From the NCBI RefSeq assembly GCF_002105155.1, contig NW_019029022.1, positions 1 to 64,000 on the forward strand: a stretch of 64,000 nucleotides of DNA, in the 5' to 3' direction. Origin of the DNA: Lobosporangium transversale (lineage: Eukaryota). Below the pieces are notes generated by a model, which worked only from the letters and a program-made list of their open reading frames with translations, was not told the origin of the DNA and searched no databases. Of the stretch, positions 41,648 through 55,153 are shown piece by piece. How positions within the stretch are numbered: the stretch's first letter is position 1; each line of letters opens with the position of its first letter. A program made the position numbers and the translations under genes.

Positions 41648-44600
41648 CAACTTTGAAACGAGCCTGGATTACTTAAGTTGAAGAAATACTATACCTTAAA
41701 TGCCAGATTCTTATGCTTAATGGGTCGATTACGAGCCAGAGTCATGCCACCAAGCCAGGATCCGAGGTTTTTCAATAGGGTTCGATCAGAAGATGACTGT
41801 ACTGTTTTTTCGGAATTGATTAAAATCTTGATATTGGCGTAAGTCTCATGTAGAATATGGCGATAAAGCAAAGGACTTTGAAGTCCATCGAGGAATTGAA
41901 GATATAAGACGTGGTAGTTGGGCTCAATACTCGCACGTTTGACTACGATATAGTTACTGAACCAACGGTATGCACTCTCGCGGAGAAGCTCCTTCATCTC
42001 TGCTAGCTTCACCTCTAGATTGCTTTGAGAAACATTGTTGACGATAAACAGAATTTTGTCTTGCGTTTGCTCATTAGGTGCCTCATAGTCGATATCATCG
42101 CGCCCAATGAGAAGTGTATCCACATTAAGAGAAGTAAAAACAGGGGGAGCTGCTGGTTGGGGAACTATTGTGGAAGCAGGTGTTGGTTGTGAAATTTGTC
42201 GTTGAACTTCTTGATTGATGGGTTGTTGAGGCGATGAAGTGGTAAGGTCTGACGAGAGACCAGAGCCGTCTTGTGAGGCTGCAGTCGCGGAAGGAAGAAC
42301 GGCATGGATATAGCGCACAATCTCTGGATGGACTTGCTGAAGATGAGGGATCTGAAGGAGATGCGAGCAATATGTGGGCCACTCCTGAAGCCTTGACTGG
42401 AATCGACTCAGAGCTTGGGCACCAAAGTTGAACATCTTTGACCCTGGAGGATTACGGAGAGCATCCAATACGTATCGGAGAGCAATACCGAGTGGAATGT
42501 AGGAGACTAGCTGATGTTGGATTAGAGCACCAAACAAATCACTGGTGATGGCGAGCTCTCTCTCACGATACGTGGGGAAGAATCGGTATTCATCAAACAA
42601 ATTGTGAATCATGCACGCATAGATGTCCTGCTCACGAGGGTCAGAGGAGTTCTTAAACTGCTGCAACAAATCAACAATTTCAGGGATGGAAATCTCGCCT
42701 CGGTAGATGCGCTTATAGTAATCGTTATTGGCCTCTTCAACATCATCTGAAAATGATGTCTCGTTACCGGTGACACCTCCCTCTACAGCAGGCGCAACAT
42801 TAGCAAGTTGAGGATGGAGTTGAAGACATGCATTATGAACATTCTTCAAAACAGCTGAATTTTCAGGGGAAATTGAACTTTTACAAGAAACAGGGTTGGG
42901 TGAGTCGAGACATTCAATCAACCTATACACGATCATCCAACTGAATACAGGACTCAAAACCATGATACTCACCTTCCAAGAAGGACTTGTAAGAAAATAG
43001 TAATTGTCTCTACTGGTAGCTCCTTGTTTGCTGGGGTGCTCTGACGAGCATCGTTAACAATTCTCTCACTAAGATAGTCCAGACAAGCCCTGACGAAGAT
43101 ATCCTGACCAGCAGCGATCCTATTCTGTAACCATTTATCCAATGCCAAAAGGTTCCGACTGGACGCAAGCACGGCCAAATCAATCGCAAACATAAATGAC
43201 TTGACTTCAAGCACCTTATTCAAGATCTAAATAGAGAAAATAGTCAGCTGGGTGTCCAGAAACATTGAATAATAAAAAAGAAAAAAAGAAAAAAAAAAAA
43301 AAAAAAAAAAAAAAAAGAAAGAAAGAAAACAGCTAAAAGTAGGAAAATATGTAGGCCTACCGAAAGATCTTCTGTAAGCTTAAGTATCTTTGGGAGTGAT
43401 GAGCGGTCATGATCGTAAAGGTCCAACAAACCAGAGACAAATAGACCCTGATTAACCTGCCACAATCGTGTTTGCACAAATTGAGGGATGATGCCAACTC
43501 CTGTCAAATAAACATGAAGCAACTTGGAAACGACGTCTTGATGTAATGAACTCCAAGGCGTCTTGAGCTGAACAAGGCCAAGGAAGAGAAGCTCTGTGTT
43601 TGATTTTAAGCCCATATCCAGTAGTGGGTCATGAACTTCGTTGTCGGCCAATGTCATTACAGTTTCTACCAAAGGAATGCAATTCCAAACACTCGATTCC
43701 AGCTCAGCAGATGCGTGCGCCTGAACTTCGGCGCTTGACTGTGCAAACTGATCTCTTGTGAATGTCCTAGATGATGCCGCCCACTCTTGTTCTAATAACT
43801 TTGTCGGCGCAGCAACGAGCGCTTTCAAAATTGAAATTTGACCCTCAACATTGCTCCACTGTCCCCAGAACGCCTCTAGAGGAAAGAGACGCCCATTCTA
43901 TATATGGTATAAGTGTGCAATGTTGAATGAGCATAATGCATATGAAAACCAATATGGCAAAACAAATTAATTATCATTTCTCCTCCATACCTTGTCTGCA
44001 CTTCTGAATGAATTGATTATAAATTCTAAGCCAGAAACATCTGAGATCTTGAATTCAGGATAGTCCAGCGCTTGAATGACCTTGACCCAATCAACAGTAT
44101 TCTTGTTTAGTGCTGTAGCAACGTTCTTAAAGTCCCAGGCACTCTCAGAGCCTGCTTTTGATTGTCGTGAGACCATCATGCCGAGAACACGTGCAATATC
44201 TTGCTCATCAGGCGTCCTAGAATTATCATATCCCGCTTGGCGCAGAATATCATTAACAGATGATACTGATTTGCAGCAAGAGGGTCCAGCCTCGCACATG
44301 ACTTTTGCCAGGGCTGCAGACTCAGAGTTATCATTCATATCGCTATTAGAGAATGAAAACCCACGTCAATAGAAGCCAATTGTAGTAATATATGACCATG
44401 GCCAAAGAGTCACAAAAAATAAAAATAAAAAATAAAAAAAGGAGAGCACGGCTCATAGACCTACCGAATCTCCTTGATAGTGTTAGTGACGACTGAAGGG
44501 ATGTTGTTATTGTACAAAGTATTAATAAGACCGGTGACTGGATCCCTCGGTTCGTCCCAGGACTTGTAATTTGACGCGTCGAGTGATTGAACAAACTCGA

Positions 44601-45438
44601 GTAATTGATCGGCTGAGGTAAGCTGCTCCTTTAAGGCTGATGCAGTTGACTGAATGATACGTTCAGCTGGTAGATGTAGTTACGACGTTAAAAAAAGCAA
44701 ATTGTCCGATTCAGAAGTTTGTTAGTAATAAGTTATAAACTGACAATCGCGCTCTCCATTGTAATACAAAAGCTCATTTGCATGGGCCTTACCTTGAGCA
44801 ACGAGTTCAGATTTGGGTGACTGAAGAAGTGCAATGGCTAGGCGAATTTTTTCAATAGGCTTCAATGGCAAATCCTTGATAAAGAGCTCGAAATCAAAAT
44901 TCTTGAGCGCCTCACTCTTTTCTGTTGTACTAACGGCTTCGCAAAAGTATGTGGCTGAGGTCTGGGTCTTGGCGAGGACCTGAACCTGATCGATGAGGAG
45001 CCTGTGGATAGGTGCACCTGAGTAGTTACTTGATTGAGATCCCTGCCCTGATTGCCAGGCTTGGACAATGAGTCTTATAAAATGTAAATAAACGGGTTTT
45101 CCGTTGTCCTCAATCAGCTGAAATAAATAAATAAAAAATAGAGATAGTGTGTCAATATAAAAATAAAGGAACAAAGCGTTGATGTCACCAAATGACTGTG
45201 GATGAACAATTGCTCCAATTTATGGTTAAATGTGCTCCGAAGCCTTTCTTGACAGACTTACCGAGTGGATTTCAGTAACACTTCGAGTGTAAGTATTCTC
45301 GGAAAGGGTTGAGAGGAGAACCTTGACCTGAGCTTTGACAATGGTCAAGAAACTGGACTTTTTGGAGGGGAGACTCAACCTGGAGGAGGCGGGAGTTGTG
45401 GGCTGACTTGAATTGGGTTGTTTATCTTCAGAGCTCAT
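37995..45438 (-). CDS. NOT1: CCR4-NOT scaffold subunit Not1, multi-exon, with an apparent 1-nt frame break near 41306-41311
   Basis: Motifs [52 protein letters not shown] and [15 protein letters not shown] are present. Confidence 0.96.
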
Positions 45439-47326
45439 ACTGAACAAAAGAGTACATGATGCGCACCCAAGGGAAAGAAATGGAAAGATTCAGGATGAAT
45501 TGATCAACCAAACTAAGAGTAGAAAAAGATGGCTCACACGAATAGGTGGTATGTACAAGGGGCCAATCTAGTAGAGTTGAATCATGTGCCAGAATAGCAT
45601 CATAGACATAGTAATTAGTCAACTACGAAGTGGCGTGGTTGGTCTCCCTGTGCATTTACTCATAATACAAATATTTTTCTATCTGATCATTGCTTCTGTT
45701 CCTCATGATCAAGCTCAAGACAATATGAATTAATGAAAATGAAAACAATGAATCACATCATGATAAAAAAAAAAGTTGACGAATGCTGTGAAGTTGAGTA
45801 TCATGGGTCGTGATGGTATAAAGTTTGATCAGCATATTTTGGTGTACTAAATGCAACCTTTTCACAGCACACATGGAAAATCGCCAAAAGTCAATAATGT
45901 TAATAATATTATGCTTGCACACATACACAGACGGAATAGATAAAAAATAGAGATCAACTGGTAGGGAGAGAGAGGGGCAGCCTAGGGAAGCACGATGGTT
46001 GAGGAAGTTCAACTGATGGGAGATGAGAAGAAGAGAAAGGACTAAATGAAGATTGAACTTGTCAAGTACGCGCTAACATTTGGCAGCTCGCCGCTTCGTG
46101 TCTACGTCACCGTCTTCCACACGTGTTAGGAGGAAGGCAGGTGTAAACCTAACGCTGAAACAGCTCATAAATTTGATTACCACCCTCGATTTAGCAGCCA
46201 GCCTATTTAGCAACTCAACCTGAGTTATTAAATATTGTTTTCAACCTTACTATGCACCTTGCGCTGATGAATTGATAGAGAGCCTTTTCCACGAGAATAA
46301 TGGGTATGAATTATGTATATACATGTCACTCTCGACTAGTGCACAGGCCACAGCCAGATTGGGAATTCTCTGAAACCAGAGATCTGTGCTGTTCACTCTT
46401 CCCAATTAGATCTTTTCAAGTATAAAAGGTTTGCTTAGCTAATGTCTTGTAATTGAAAAGGCCTAACCAAACCAGCCACTACTTTGTTATACCGGCGCGT
46501 CGGTTTGATATTGAAAATTTTAACAACCCCTAACTTAACCTACACATGACAGCATTGCACTTTCATACATCTGCAGTGCCCTGAGTGAACTGAGACATCT
46601 TTTTTTTTTCGTGGCCTAAGGAACCGACCAGGTAATGAAGTAGCGTTTTGTTATGCTTTTTCCAAGCTCGATTGAATTGAAATAGAACACTCCTGAACCT
46701 TTTATTCGATCGCTGTATCTTTAAGTCATAGAATCATCACTGGAATTCTGAGAAAGAAAACTCTGTCCATATCGCCTTACAAATCCCAAGTATTGCATCA
46801 TTTCCCCTGAATCCCATTCATATTTTTCTTTAAAAGTAAAAACAATAGAAAATAAAACAAGTCCTGTTACCTCTTCTCCTCCTTTCCTCTCCCCTCCTCT
46901 TCTCTCCACTCCTTTAAGCAGCTTTGGACCGTATGATTTGTGGTCTACCCTTTTGTCTTCGCTTCACAGAGTACTCCGCAGGGTCCTGGTTTGGGCACTA
47001 CTTTTCTCTTCTAAAGTAAATTCTTCTATAATTATAGCATAAGCCAAGCTGTTAGAGTTCCGTTACACAAGGAAAGAGCGGTAAAATGTGATCACAGGAT
47101 ACGATGATTGCTCGTTTTGGTAAATGCTCGTTTTGGTTAGACTTACCTTTTCAAACATAAAGATTCAGAGTACGGAACGTATTCACAGCAGCATTGACAG
47201 ATATTATATTGACCATCTCAAAATATTTAAAAATGAATGAGTCAAATCATTAAGAATACCAGATGCGCACGAACCAAGCTCAATAGGGTGTGGCAAACCC
47301 CTCTTACACTATAAAATTGATCGCTT

Positions 47327-47790
47327 CAATTCCTCACTTTTACTCACTTCTACTGTTGTCTCTACTCTACTCTGCTTCCACAGTTTTTAATCCTCTTTTT
47401 GAACATTATTCGAAACAAATACCCACCCTTCCTTGAACAACAAAATATGATAAGAGTTCTGCAAGGAAGGACTCATTGATGGGACATCAAGGGAAGAGTT
47501 GCGGAACGTATCCCACGAATGAGAAGCACCAACTCTATACCTGACATGGTTCACTCCCCGGCAAGGGTGATGTAGCGTCTGGATTCTTATGTCCTTACCA
47601 TTTGTATTATATTTTCTTATTTCACTTTTATTTATATCTCTTGGCTCAGTAACGAATTAAAAATTAAAATAAAAAAAAAAAAAGATGAATGACACGAAAT
47701 CATCCAGGCTTCCAGTTGCCTCAAAGACTTCTCTGTCTTGAAATGCGGCATATATACATCATAACCACAAGCAATCCCAAATACTATTAA
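47327..47790 (+). pseudogene. Internally deleted chimeric remnant of the C2H2 zinc-finger gene family
   Basis: 47327-47452 matches 52133-52258 and 47462-47548 matches the reverse complement of 50663-50749. Only a 10-codon ORF remains after the ATG. Confidence 0.8.
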
Positions 47791-50666
47791 AGTCTGCAGT
47801 TATAATGATGATTATTGCGGTTTGAATTAATTCAGTGCCCTGAAAGATTATTTTACGCATGTAATGGATTACAGGCAAAAGCCTCACATTTTTGTTGGGG
47901 TATCCTAACTATTTATTAAGGGTATGAGACGTCCATTAGATTAGAGTCCTCGTCAAAAATTGAATAAAATATCCTCCGTTTTTAGACAGAAAATGAAACC
48001 TACATGTAAATATCTTTTTTTAAGATTTTAATTCAAATTGAATATTTTAAAATATATTAGTCGACGACTTTTTGGCAAGGACTAACAAATATTCACTTGC
48101 TCAACAACATGGCCAGACATATTCTTTCCATAAGTGCCATTCAGCGGATGCACTTTCTTGCGTTTATTCGAACGTCTATAATTTCTACTAAGCCCGTGGC
48201 CTTTGAATGTGTTCTCATAATTTGCCCTGATGCAACGCCTGTTTGCACCACAGAACATCTCAGCAGGAGGTGTTTTCCTACAGTCTTCCAAAATAATCCT
48301 TGAGCCATAGAACGTGACTGTAACCCTAAAACATTCGTGAAGTACGACTTGAAGCTCTAAAAGTAGAGTGTCGTAACACTGCTATTTTTACTCCACAGGC
48401 TGAAATATGCGTACCTGCATTGCTTACGTACATTGCATCAACGCTCACCAACGGGCTAGAACCAAACTCGGGATTTTACCAAGTCGCACCAGTGTACTAT
48501 ACAACTCTGGGCACACTTTCGATTATGTTGGCTGGTTGCCTTACTCATCTTCCTCTTCTCACCCGACATTTCCCCTCTGTCAGCCAATTTAGAATAAACA
48601 TTTTGTATTGTGGTGAATCAGGCTGACGAGTGCTATGCAAGAAAAATGTATTGGAGGTGATTGCCTCACATGTCATTTTTTTTTAGAGTTTGGCGAAGAA
48701 ATTTTAGTGTACAGTCATGAAAAATAGGGAAGCAAAGTATTCAAAAATATATTTGAACCTTTTCCGACAAACAAACCACCGCATGGTTGTAACAAGTCCG
48801 GATCGTCAGTAGCACCCAGGAAGGCTCTGGGAACTCTCTGTAAATAATTAAATGCATTGCCGCTCTTTGATATTGCTGTGTATCACTCCTTTTGTCTGGT
48901 CTCATATCATCTTCACAGCCCTCATCACTTTCATGATATGGGAACTATAGTCGGCTTCTTAGGAAATAGTTCTCGCGACTATGTCATCACAAAGCTCAAC
49001 AGGAATCTCTTGAATAGCTTATTTCCCAGGGAATTTCAATGATGCGATGAATGTTGGCATGGCAGAAATATATGTTTTACATTCAAGTTAAAGTGGTTTA
49101 AATATATTTTGAATTGGAAAAATACTTTGCTTCCGAGTGATTTCCTAAAAGTAAACCGTGGTCTGCATTGTGACAAAATTGTTTTATCTTGCATAGAACA
49201 AGCGGGCATCTACCCCATACCAAACATAGCCCAGCGAAAATGAATGCTCACACATTTTACTAACTACATCTCATTTACTTGGCATCACAGCCATTTTGTC
49301 CACGCCGGATGCTTGGAAACTCCAGAGCTAGACGAGATGGCCGATGCGAAAAAACCTTAAGAGACATAGCCTAGTCAAAGCAGGATATCGCTCACCTAGG
49401 CTATAGCTACGGTATGAACCCCTTTTTCCAAAATCCTAATGAGCCATTGTAAATCGTATTTTTTCGATTTTACCACCGTTGGATTCAGAATTGGAAAAAT
49501 ACATATCTCCTGAGGGCTCCATGGGCTTCAAGTATGTTTATACCGCGCTCCATCCTTTTTGTCAACTTGATTAAAAGCTATATTGAAATGGCTGTCTAGA
49601 TTAGTCACATGATGTTTACTCTTCATACTCACGGCTATCATCTTTTGTCAGAAAGTGCTATAGCTGCTTGGAGAAATTGTGCTTCGGCGACCGCTACCAG
49701 TTCCATGTAGAGCCGGTCCAATTGGACTTAAAACGAGCTACTTTACAAAATATTGCGCGTCTTTTTTTGATTGCTCAATAAATTACAACCAGCAAGAGCC
49801 ACTGTACACAATGGGATTCAAAACTGATATTTTGCGGGAAGAATAAATTCGCCACATCAAATACACCAGCTCGAGAGCAGATATATTTTCAAATAAGCTG
49901 TCGCATTTGTCTTCTTTTTTTTATTTATTTTCTTATAACTATTCTCCCTGGATATTCACATCCAGTTTGAAGAAGGGGTAGGATCCTCATTTTTTTTTTT
50001 TTTTTTTTTTTGGGTTGAGTGAAATCCGCCATATGTGGAGTCGCATTTCTGATGTATCAATGGCTTATTTGTTGGATGCCTTTTTAGAAATAGGCGGCTA
50101 TTTTTTGGCCAAATGTTCAATTTTGAAACCCCCAAATGAATCAATCGAATCGTACTCACTAACTTTTGCCCACACTCTCATTTTCCTGATCACAGCTGTC
50201 CTCAGGCATACTGAAATAACCATTGAAGGCCATGTTGCTGATATTGCCAACGTCTTGGTTCCCTTCATGGCAGAGAATCTTCCCCAGACCGTATTAGAAA
50301 GCCTTTCTACTAATCTTAGAAGAAGGAAAGTGGTTCCTTCAATGAACAAGCAACGATAATCCAAACTGCATTAATTTGATTTCCTTAACAGTGGTCCTTG
50401 TAAAAATCTGAATTTATATGTGCTGTTTGTCAAGGCGGAGGATTTTTGAGGCGCCGAAGGCTTTGGTGATTTGCACAACATCATTTATTCACCAGAAACG
50501 AGGGAAGCTGGTCACATCCAGGCAAATATGAAGTAAAAAGCATGTCTTTATTCTTTTTTTTATTTTCTATTGCTGAGTCAAAGGTAAATAAAAAAGAACA
50601 AAAATTATATAATCCAGATGCCTGTCGGATTTCGGACTTGTATCGCCAGGCATGGAGCGAGGCATG

Positions 50667-51663
50667 TCAGGTATAGAATTGGTGCTTCTCATTCGTGCGA
50701 TACGTTCCGCAACTCTTCCCTTGATGTCTCATCAATGAGTCCTTCCTTGTAAACCCCTTCATACAATACTCGCAGACATACATTTTGGTTCTAGGAGAAT
50801 GAGTTTTCTTATGCCGTTCAAGGTCAGCGCTCCTTAGGAACCTTCTATTGCAGCTTTCTACCTCACAAAAGTATTTCTTTTCCTCTGGAGAATGAGTTCT
50901 GATATGTGCCCTGAGATTGGAAGCATTGGTTGCCGTCGTAGCACAAATATGGCAGACATATTTGGATGATTTGGCCAAAGTTGTTGCGGTCTGTGGGCAA
51001 GAGAGTAGGGAGAGAGATGAGAAAGGAGAAGACGAAGAGGACGTAGGGAAATTAGATGAGGGCAATGGGAAGGGGAAGAGGAAGGGGAAGGGGGAGAAGA
51101 AGGATAACAGAAGTAGAAAGGTGTGCAAGCTAGGTCGTATGGCTTAGACAATAAACGATCGGAGGAGGAGGGCACAAATTCCAAGGATGCTTCCTGAATC
51201 GAGAGAACGTTTCTTCCTTGATCACAACTGGATACAAAATGGACTACACTATTTAGCGGGAGGTCATACTTTTCCTAATAGAGAAAATAGAATATTCAGA
51301 GCGTCAATTCTCCTGACTAGACTATATGTCTGAAATTCATTAAGAAACAGATTATTGGCCTTTTTATTTTTCAATTATTACTGGGGTATTGAAAGGGATA
51401 GCAGTATATTGGTGTAGATATTGCTGCTGATGCTCCTGGCTTAATGGAATTGGACAGCTTGCATTGACAGCGACCGGACGAGTATCGATCAATGCGTCTG
51501 GTGTATCTTGGTGAAACTCCAAACTTTGGCTAGACCGAGGCTCTATACCAGATAAGAAGTCTACATCGAAGTCTTCTGGCTCTTCTGGCTCTTCTGGCTC
51601 TTCTGGCGGACTCGGTGGTATTGACCAGAGACATGGTTTTATACTTTGGTGAAGTATCTCCAT
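50667..51663 (-). CDS. C2H2 zinc-finger protein (3 fingers), paralog 1; possibly frameshifted
   Basis: Fingers are CHICATTATNASNLRAHIRTH, CEVESCNRRFLRSADLERHKKTH and CEYCMKGFTRKDSLMRHQGKSC. The 5' exon is the acidic/Pro-rich ORF 51364-51663. Confidence 0.72.
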
Positions 51664-52252
51664 TATTTTAAAGGTTCAATGGCTCAATGAAGGGCAAAGA
51701 ACTATAGAAGTATGTAGTATTGGTTACGCTGAAAACGAGAAGGGGTTGAAAGGAGTGCTCTGGATTTTGGGAAAGGGAAAGCATTGTTTTGAAGGGTCAA
51801 GAGTTCAAAAAGAGGGCAAAAAATTATGGAGTAGATAGATAGTATTGATGATGTTGAAAATGAGAAGACTTGAAAGAAGAAGCAATAAATTTCATATTTC
51901 TAAAAGCTATGCATGTGAGGGTTAGATGTGGATGTGCCACAAAAGTTAAAACCCAGCATGCATAAACTGGCCTTTAGATCTGCAGTGGCATGAGGGAATA
52001 AACGACGAGCATTTGCAATGTGCTATGTGCTGATTGAGCCAAACGTTGTATGACGATGGTTACAGTTACAGTTCGAGAACCTTGTCCTGCAGGACTACAA
52101 AATGAATTGCTTCTGATGATCTTTTAGCTCAACAATTCCTCACTTTTACTCACTTCTACTGTTGTCTCTACTCTACTCTGCTTCCACAGTTTTTTATCCT
52201 CTTTTTGAACATTATTCGAAACAAATACCCACCCTTCCTTGAACAACAAAAT

Positions 52253-53141
52253 ATGATATCGCCAAGTCCCCCAAATGAGTCTGAAGGCACTGCTACAGAG
52301 ATCTGGTCTGGAGTTGAGTATGAAAACTCCGATATAGATTGCTGTTCTGAAGCTAATCTACTGATGGGCCAAGACTTGCAATCCGACCAACATACATCAG
52401 ACTCATGGATCGATAATCGTCCGATAGTCGATCTAAACTGGTCAGTTCTATTAGCCCAGGAGAACCAGCAGGAACATCTATACCCAATTAGCGTCATCCG
52501 TTCCAATACTCCTGTAGTAAGTAGGAACAAAAGGCTCAAGCCTCAGACATATAGTGTAACCAGGAAACTATACACACCATTAACAGTTTTTCTATAAGGA
52601 ATGTGATGGCTGTACACCAAATAGTTCAATCCCTTTTGTACTCTGTTGTGACCAAGAACGATCCTCGGCCTTAGTAGTCTCCACCCCTAATCAACCATTG
52701 TGTGACCCGTACGACCTAGAGACGTCCGTGATTGTCGATACTCAGCTAGTTTGTAAACCCTCCCACTCCTTCTCCTATCCCTCTCCGCCTTCCTCTCCCC
52801 CTCTCTTATTGTCCTCTTCCCCACAGACCGCAACAACCTCTTTGACCAAATCATCCAAATATGTCTGCCATATTTGTACTATGACAGCAACCAATGCTTC
52901 CAATCTCAGTGCACATATCAGAACTCATTCTCCAGACGAAAAGAAATACTTCTGTGAGGTAGAAGGCTGCAATAGAAGGTTCCTGAGGAACGCTGACCTT
53001 GAACGACATAAGAAAAAACATTCCCCTGGAACCGAAATGAATGTCTGTGAGTATTGTATGAAGAGTTTTACAAGGAAGGACTCATTGAAGAGACATCGAG
53101 ACAATACTTGCAGGGCTCTCCCTATGAATGAGGAACGCTAA
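52253..53141 (+). CDS. C2H2 zinc-finger protein (3 fingers), paralog 2, 2 exons
   Basis: Exons 52253-52516 and 52599-53141 (GTAAGT...AAG) join in frame. The three fingers are nearly identical to paralog 1. Confidence 0.82.
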
Positions 53142-55153
53142 CTCTATACCCAACATAATCTGGCGATACAGGTCCGAAATCTGACAAGGCTGGTCTCGTA
53201 TCTGGGTTGCCGTAATTTTTTTTTTCTTTGATCCCTTGGCTCAGTAATAAAAATTACTAAAAAAAATAAAGACATTCTTTTACTCCACATTTGCTGGACA
53301 TGACCTACTACTCTCGTTCCTGGTGAGTAAATGAGGTGGTACAAAAATTACATGTAAGAGCTGAATTCACAGAAGCCTTTAGTGCCTAGAAACTTCTCTT
53401 TCTTGACAAGCAGCATACATTCATCATCAAAAACAAGAATTTTACAAGCACCAAATAGATGGTTAATGAAATTGGGTTATTGTTGCATGTAGATTGAGAG
53501 AGTCCCTTTTTTTCTAAGATAAGTAGGAAGTATTTCCAAAGCCAATCTAAGTAGGGGATTCCTTGCTACAAAGGAAACCGAGATGTTGGCAATTACAGGA
53601 ACATTATCATCTTTAAACAGTCCATTCCTTTGCGGAAGAAGGATTACAAATTACTTTCCTGCCAATTGTTTTGTTTGCACCCTGACTCGTTGGTCTGTGC
53701 ATGAAGCTCTGATTTTTTCATTTTTATCCTTGCATGATTGTCTCAAAAACTATTCTTTACTTCTGTACACATCAATGAAAAGTATCATAAAATTTTTAAA
53801 TTGACTTTCCTAAAAGTTTTATTCTAAAATGATGAAATACAAGTGCCCATCTCATTCTTATAGCCGGTACAGACGCTTACCGGGCCCTTCACGGTTCTCG
53901 GGATCTTCCGTTTGATCTCAGAACCGTCATCAGTGCTTTCCCAGACTTGCTTGAGGTCCTCGACACCGAATGCATTCTGGCCTCTTGCATTTCAGTGCTT
54001 GAATTGCCACAGCTAGATCCTCGTCAGCAACTGGTGAACCTTCAATTTCGTTAGGGCCTGTAGCCTTCTCTCTTCCCCCATATTCATTTGTTGTGGCTCT
54101 TCTTCATCCAACCCCTGTTTGTCCTCATTTTATACTACTCTGAAGTTCCAGTTGTTCATTGTAGGAACCTCAGCGATTAGATGTTCAAAATATGCCTCTC
54201 CTTGCTGTTTGTATCGGTTGTGTCGAGTGTATTGAAAAAGTCAACGACTTTTTTTGTGTAAATATACAAATGATGCATACCATATAAGGATATCATGTGA
54301 GAATATATGTATATTTGTATGTGGCTATATTTCATCGTTTTAGAATAGAACTTTTAAGGAGGTCAATTTAAAGTGCCATAAAAATATGTTTCGACCGTAT
54401 ATGAATATCCCTCTCTCTCTCTTTTTTTTTTTTTTTTTTTTTTTTTTTCATGAACTTCCAGCTGCGGTTACGTTGCTTCTCTCTATCACTGCACTCCAAT
54501 TCTTAGGCAACAAACTGGACTATTACCTGGCCTCAGCATCACAATCGCTCATAAAGAAGAGTGCTTCTCACACAAGAACCTGGGTATAGGCATTAATCAC
54601 ACTACACACCTCATGTAGGCTCTATCAAGGGCAAGTTCGGCCATGGATCGGCTTCCAGGCTTGGACGGAAACTTTGCTTGCTCACGGAGCTATATGGATG
54701 AAGATCACTACAAATCTGGCTGTAGGAACAGATGATGCAGTGATGGTGACATTTATTGAGTGATAGCGACGAGAACCGATATCTCACCTTTATAATCACT
54801 GTCCAATACGGCAGTATTGTAAGCATTTTTTTTTTTTTTTTTTTTTGTATCTAAAGTCTACGAAAAGAGATACCCTTCTCTCTTTTTTTTTAAAAAACAG
54901 CAATGTATTAATGTCAAAGAAATAAGGGGCACCTTTGACGCTCAGCCAATAAAACTCCTCTCGTTCGTTCATTTATAACTGCGTTTTTTTTAAAAAAAAA
55001 GTAGCCACGTTACACAGCTGTTGTTACACACCATGAACGAATTGAACAATTATGTATTAAAAGGATGCGCTGTCTGAAATTTTTATTATATGTATGTTAT
55101 TATTTTTTGAATCTTTTCTTAAATAAAGCAGTTTAGCGGTAGTGCCAGCCGCC

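Noticed and set aside
48320..48330. taaccctaa, a TTAGGG template-like 9-mer
   Set aside because: It is an isolated match with no visible surrounding pseudoknot or stems, and is expected by chance in 64 kb.
50015..50364. Overlapping 114-aa and 88-aa ORFs
   Set aside because: They lie partly in the duplicated 3' flank of the zinc-finger genes, and I could not trace a matching intact reading frame in the paralogous flank.
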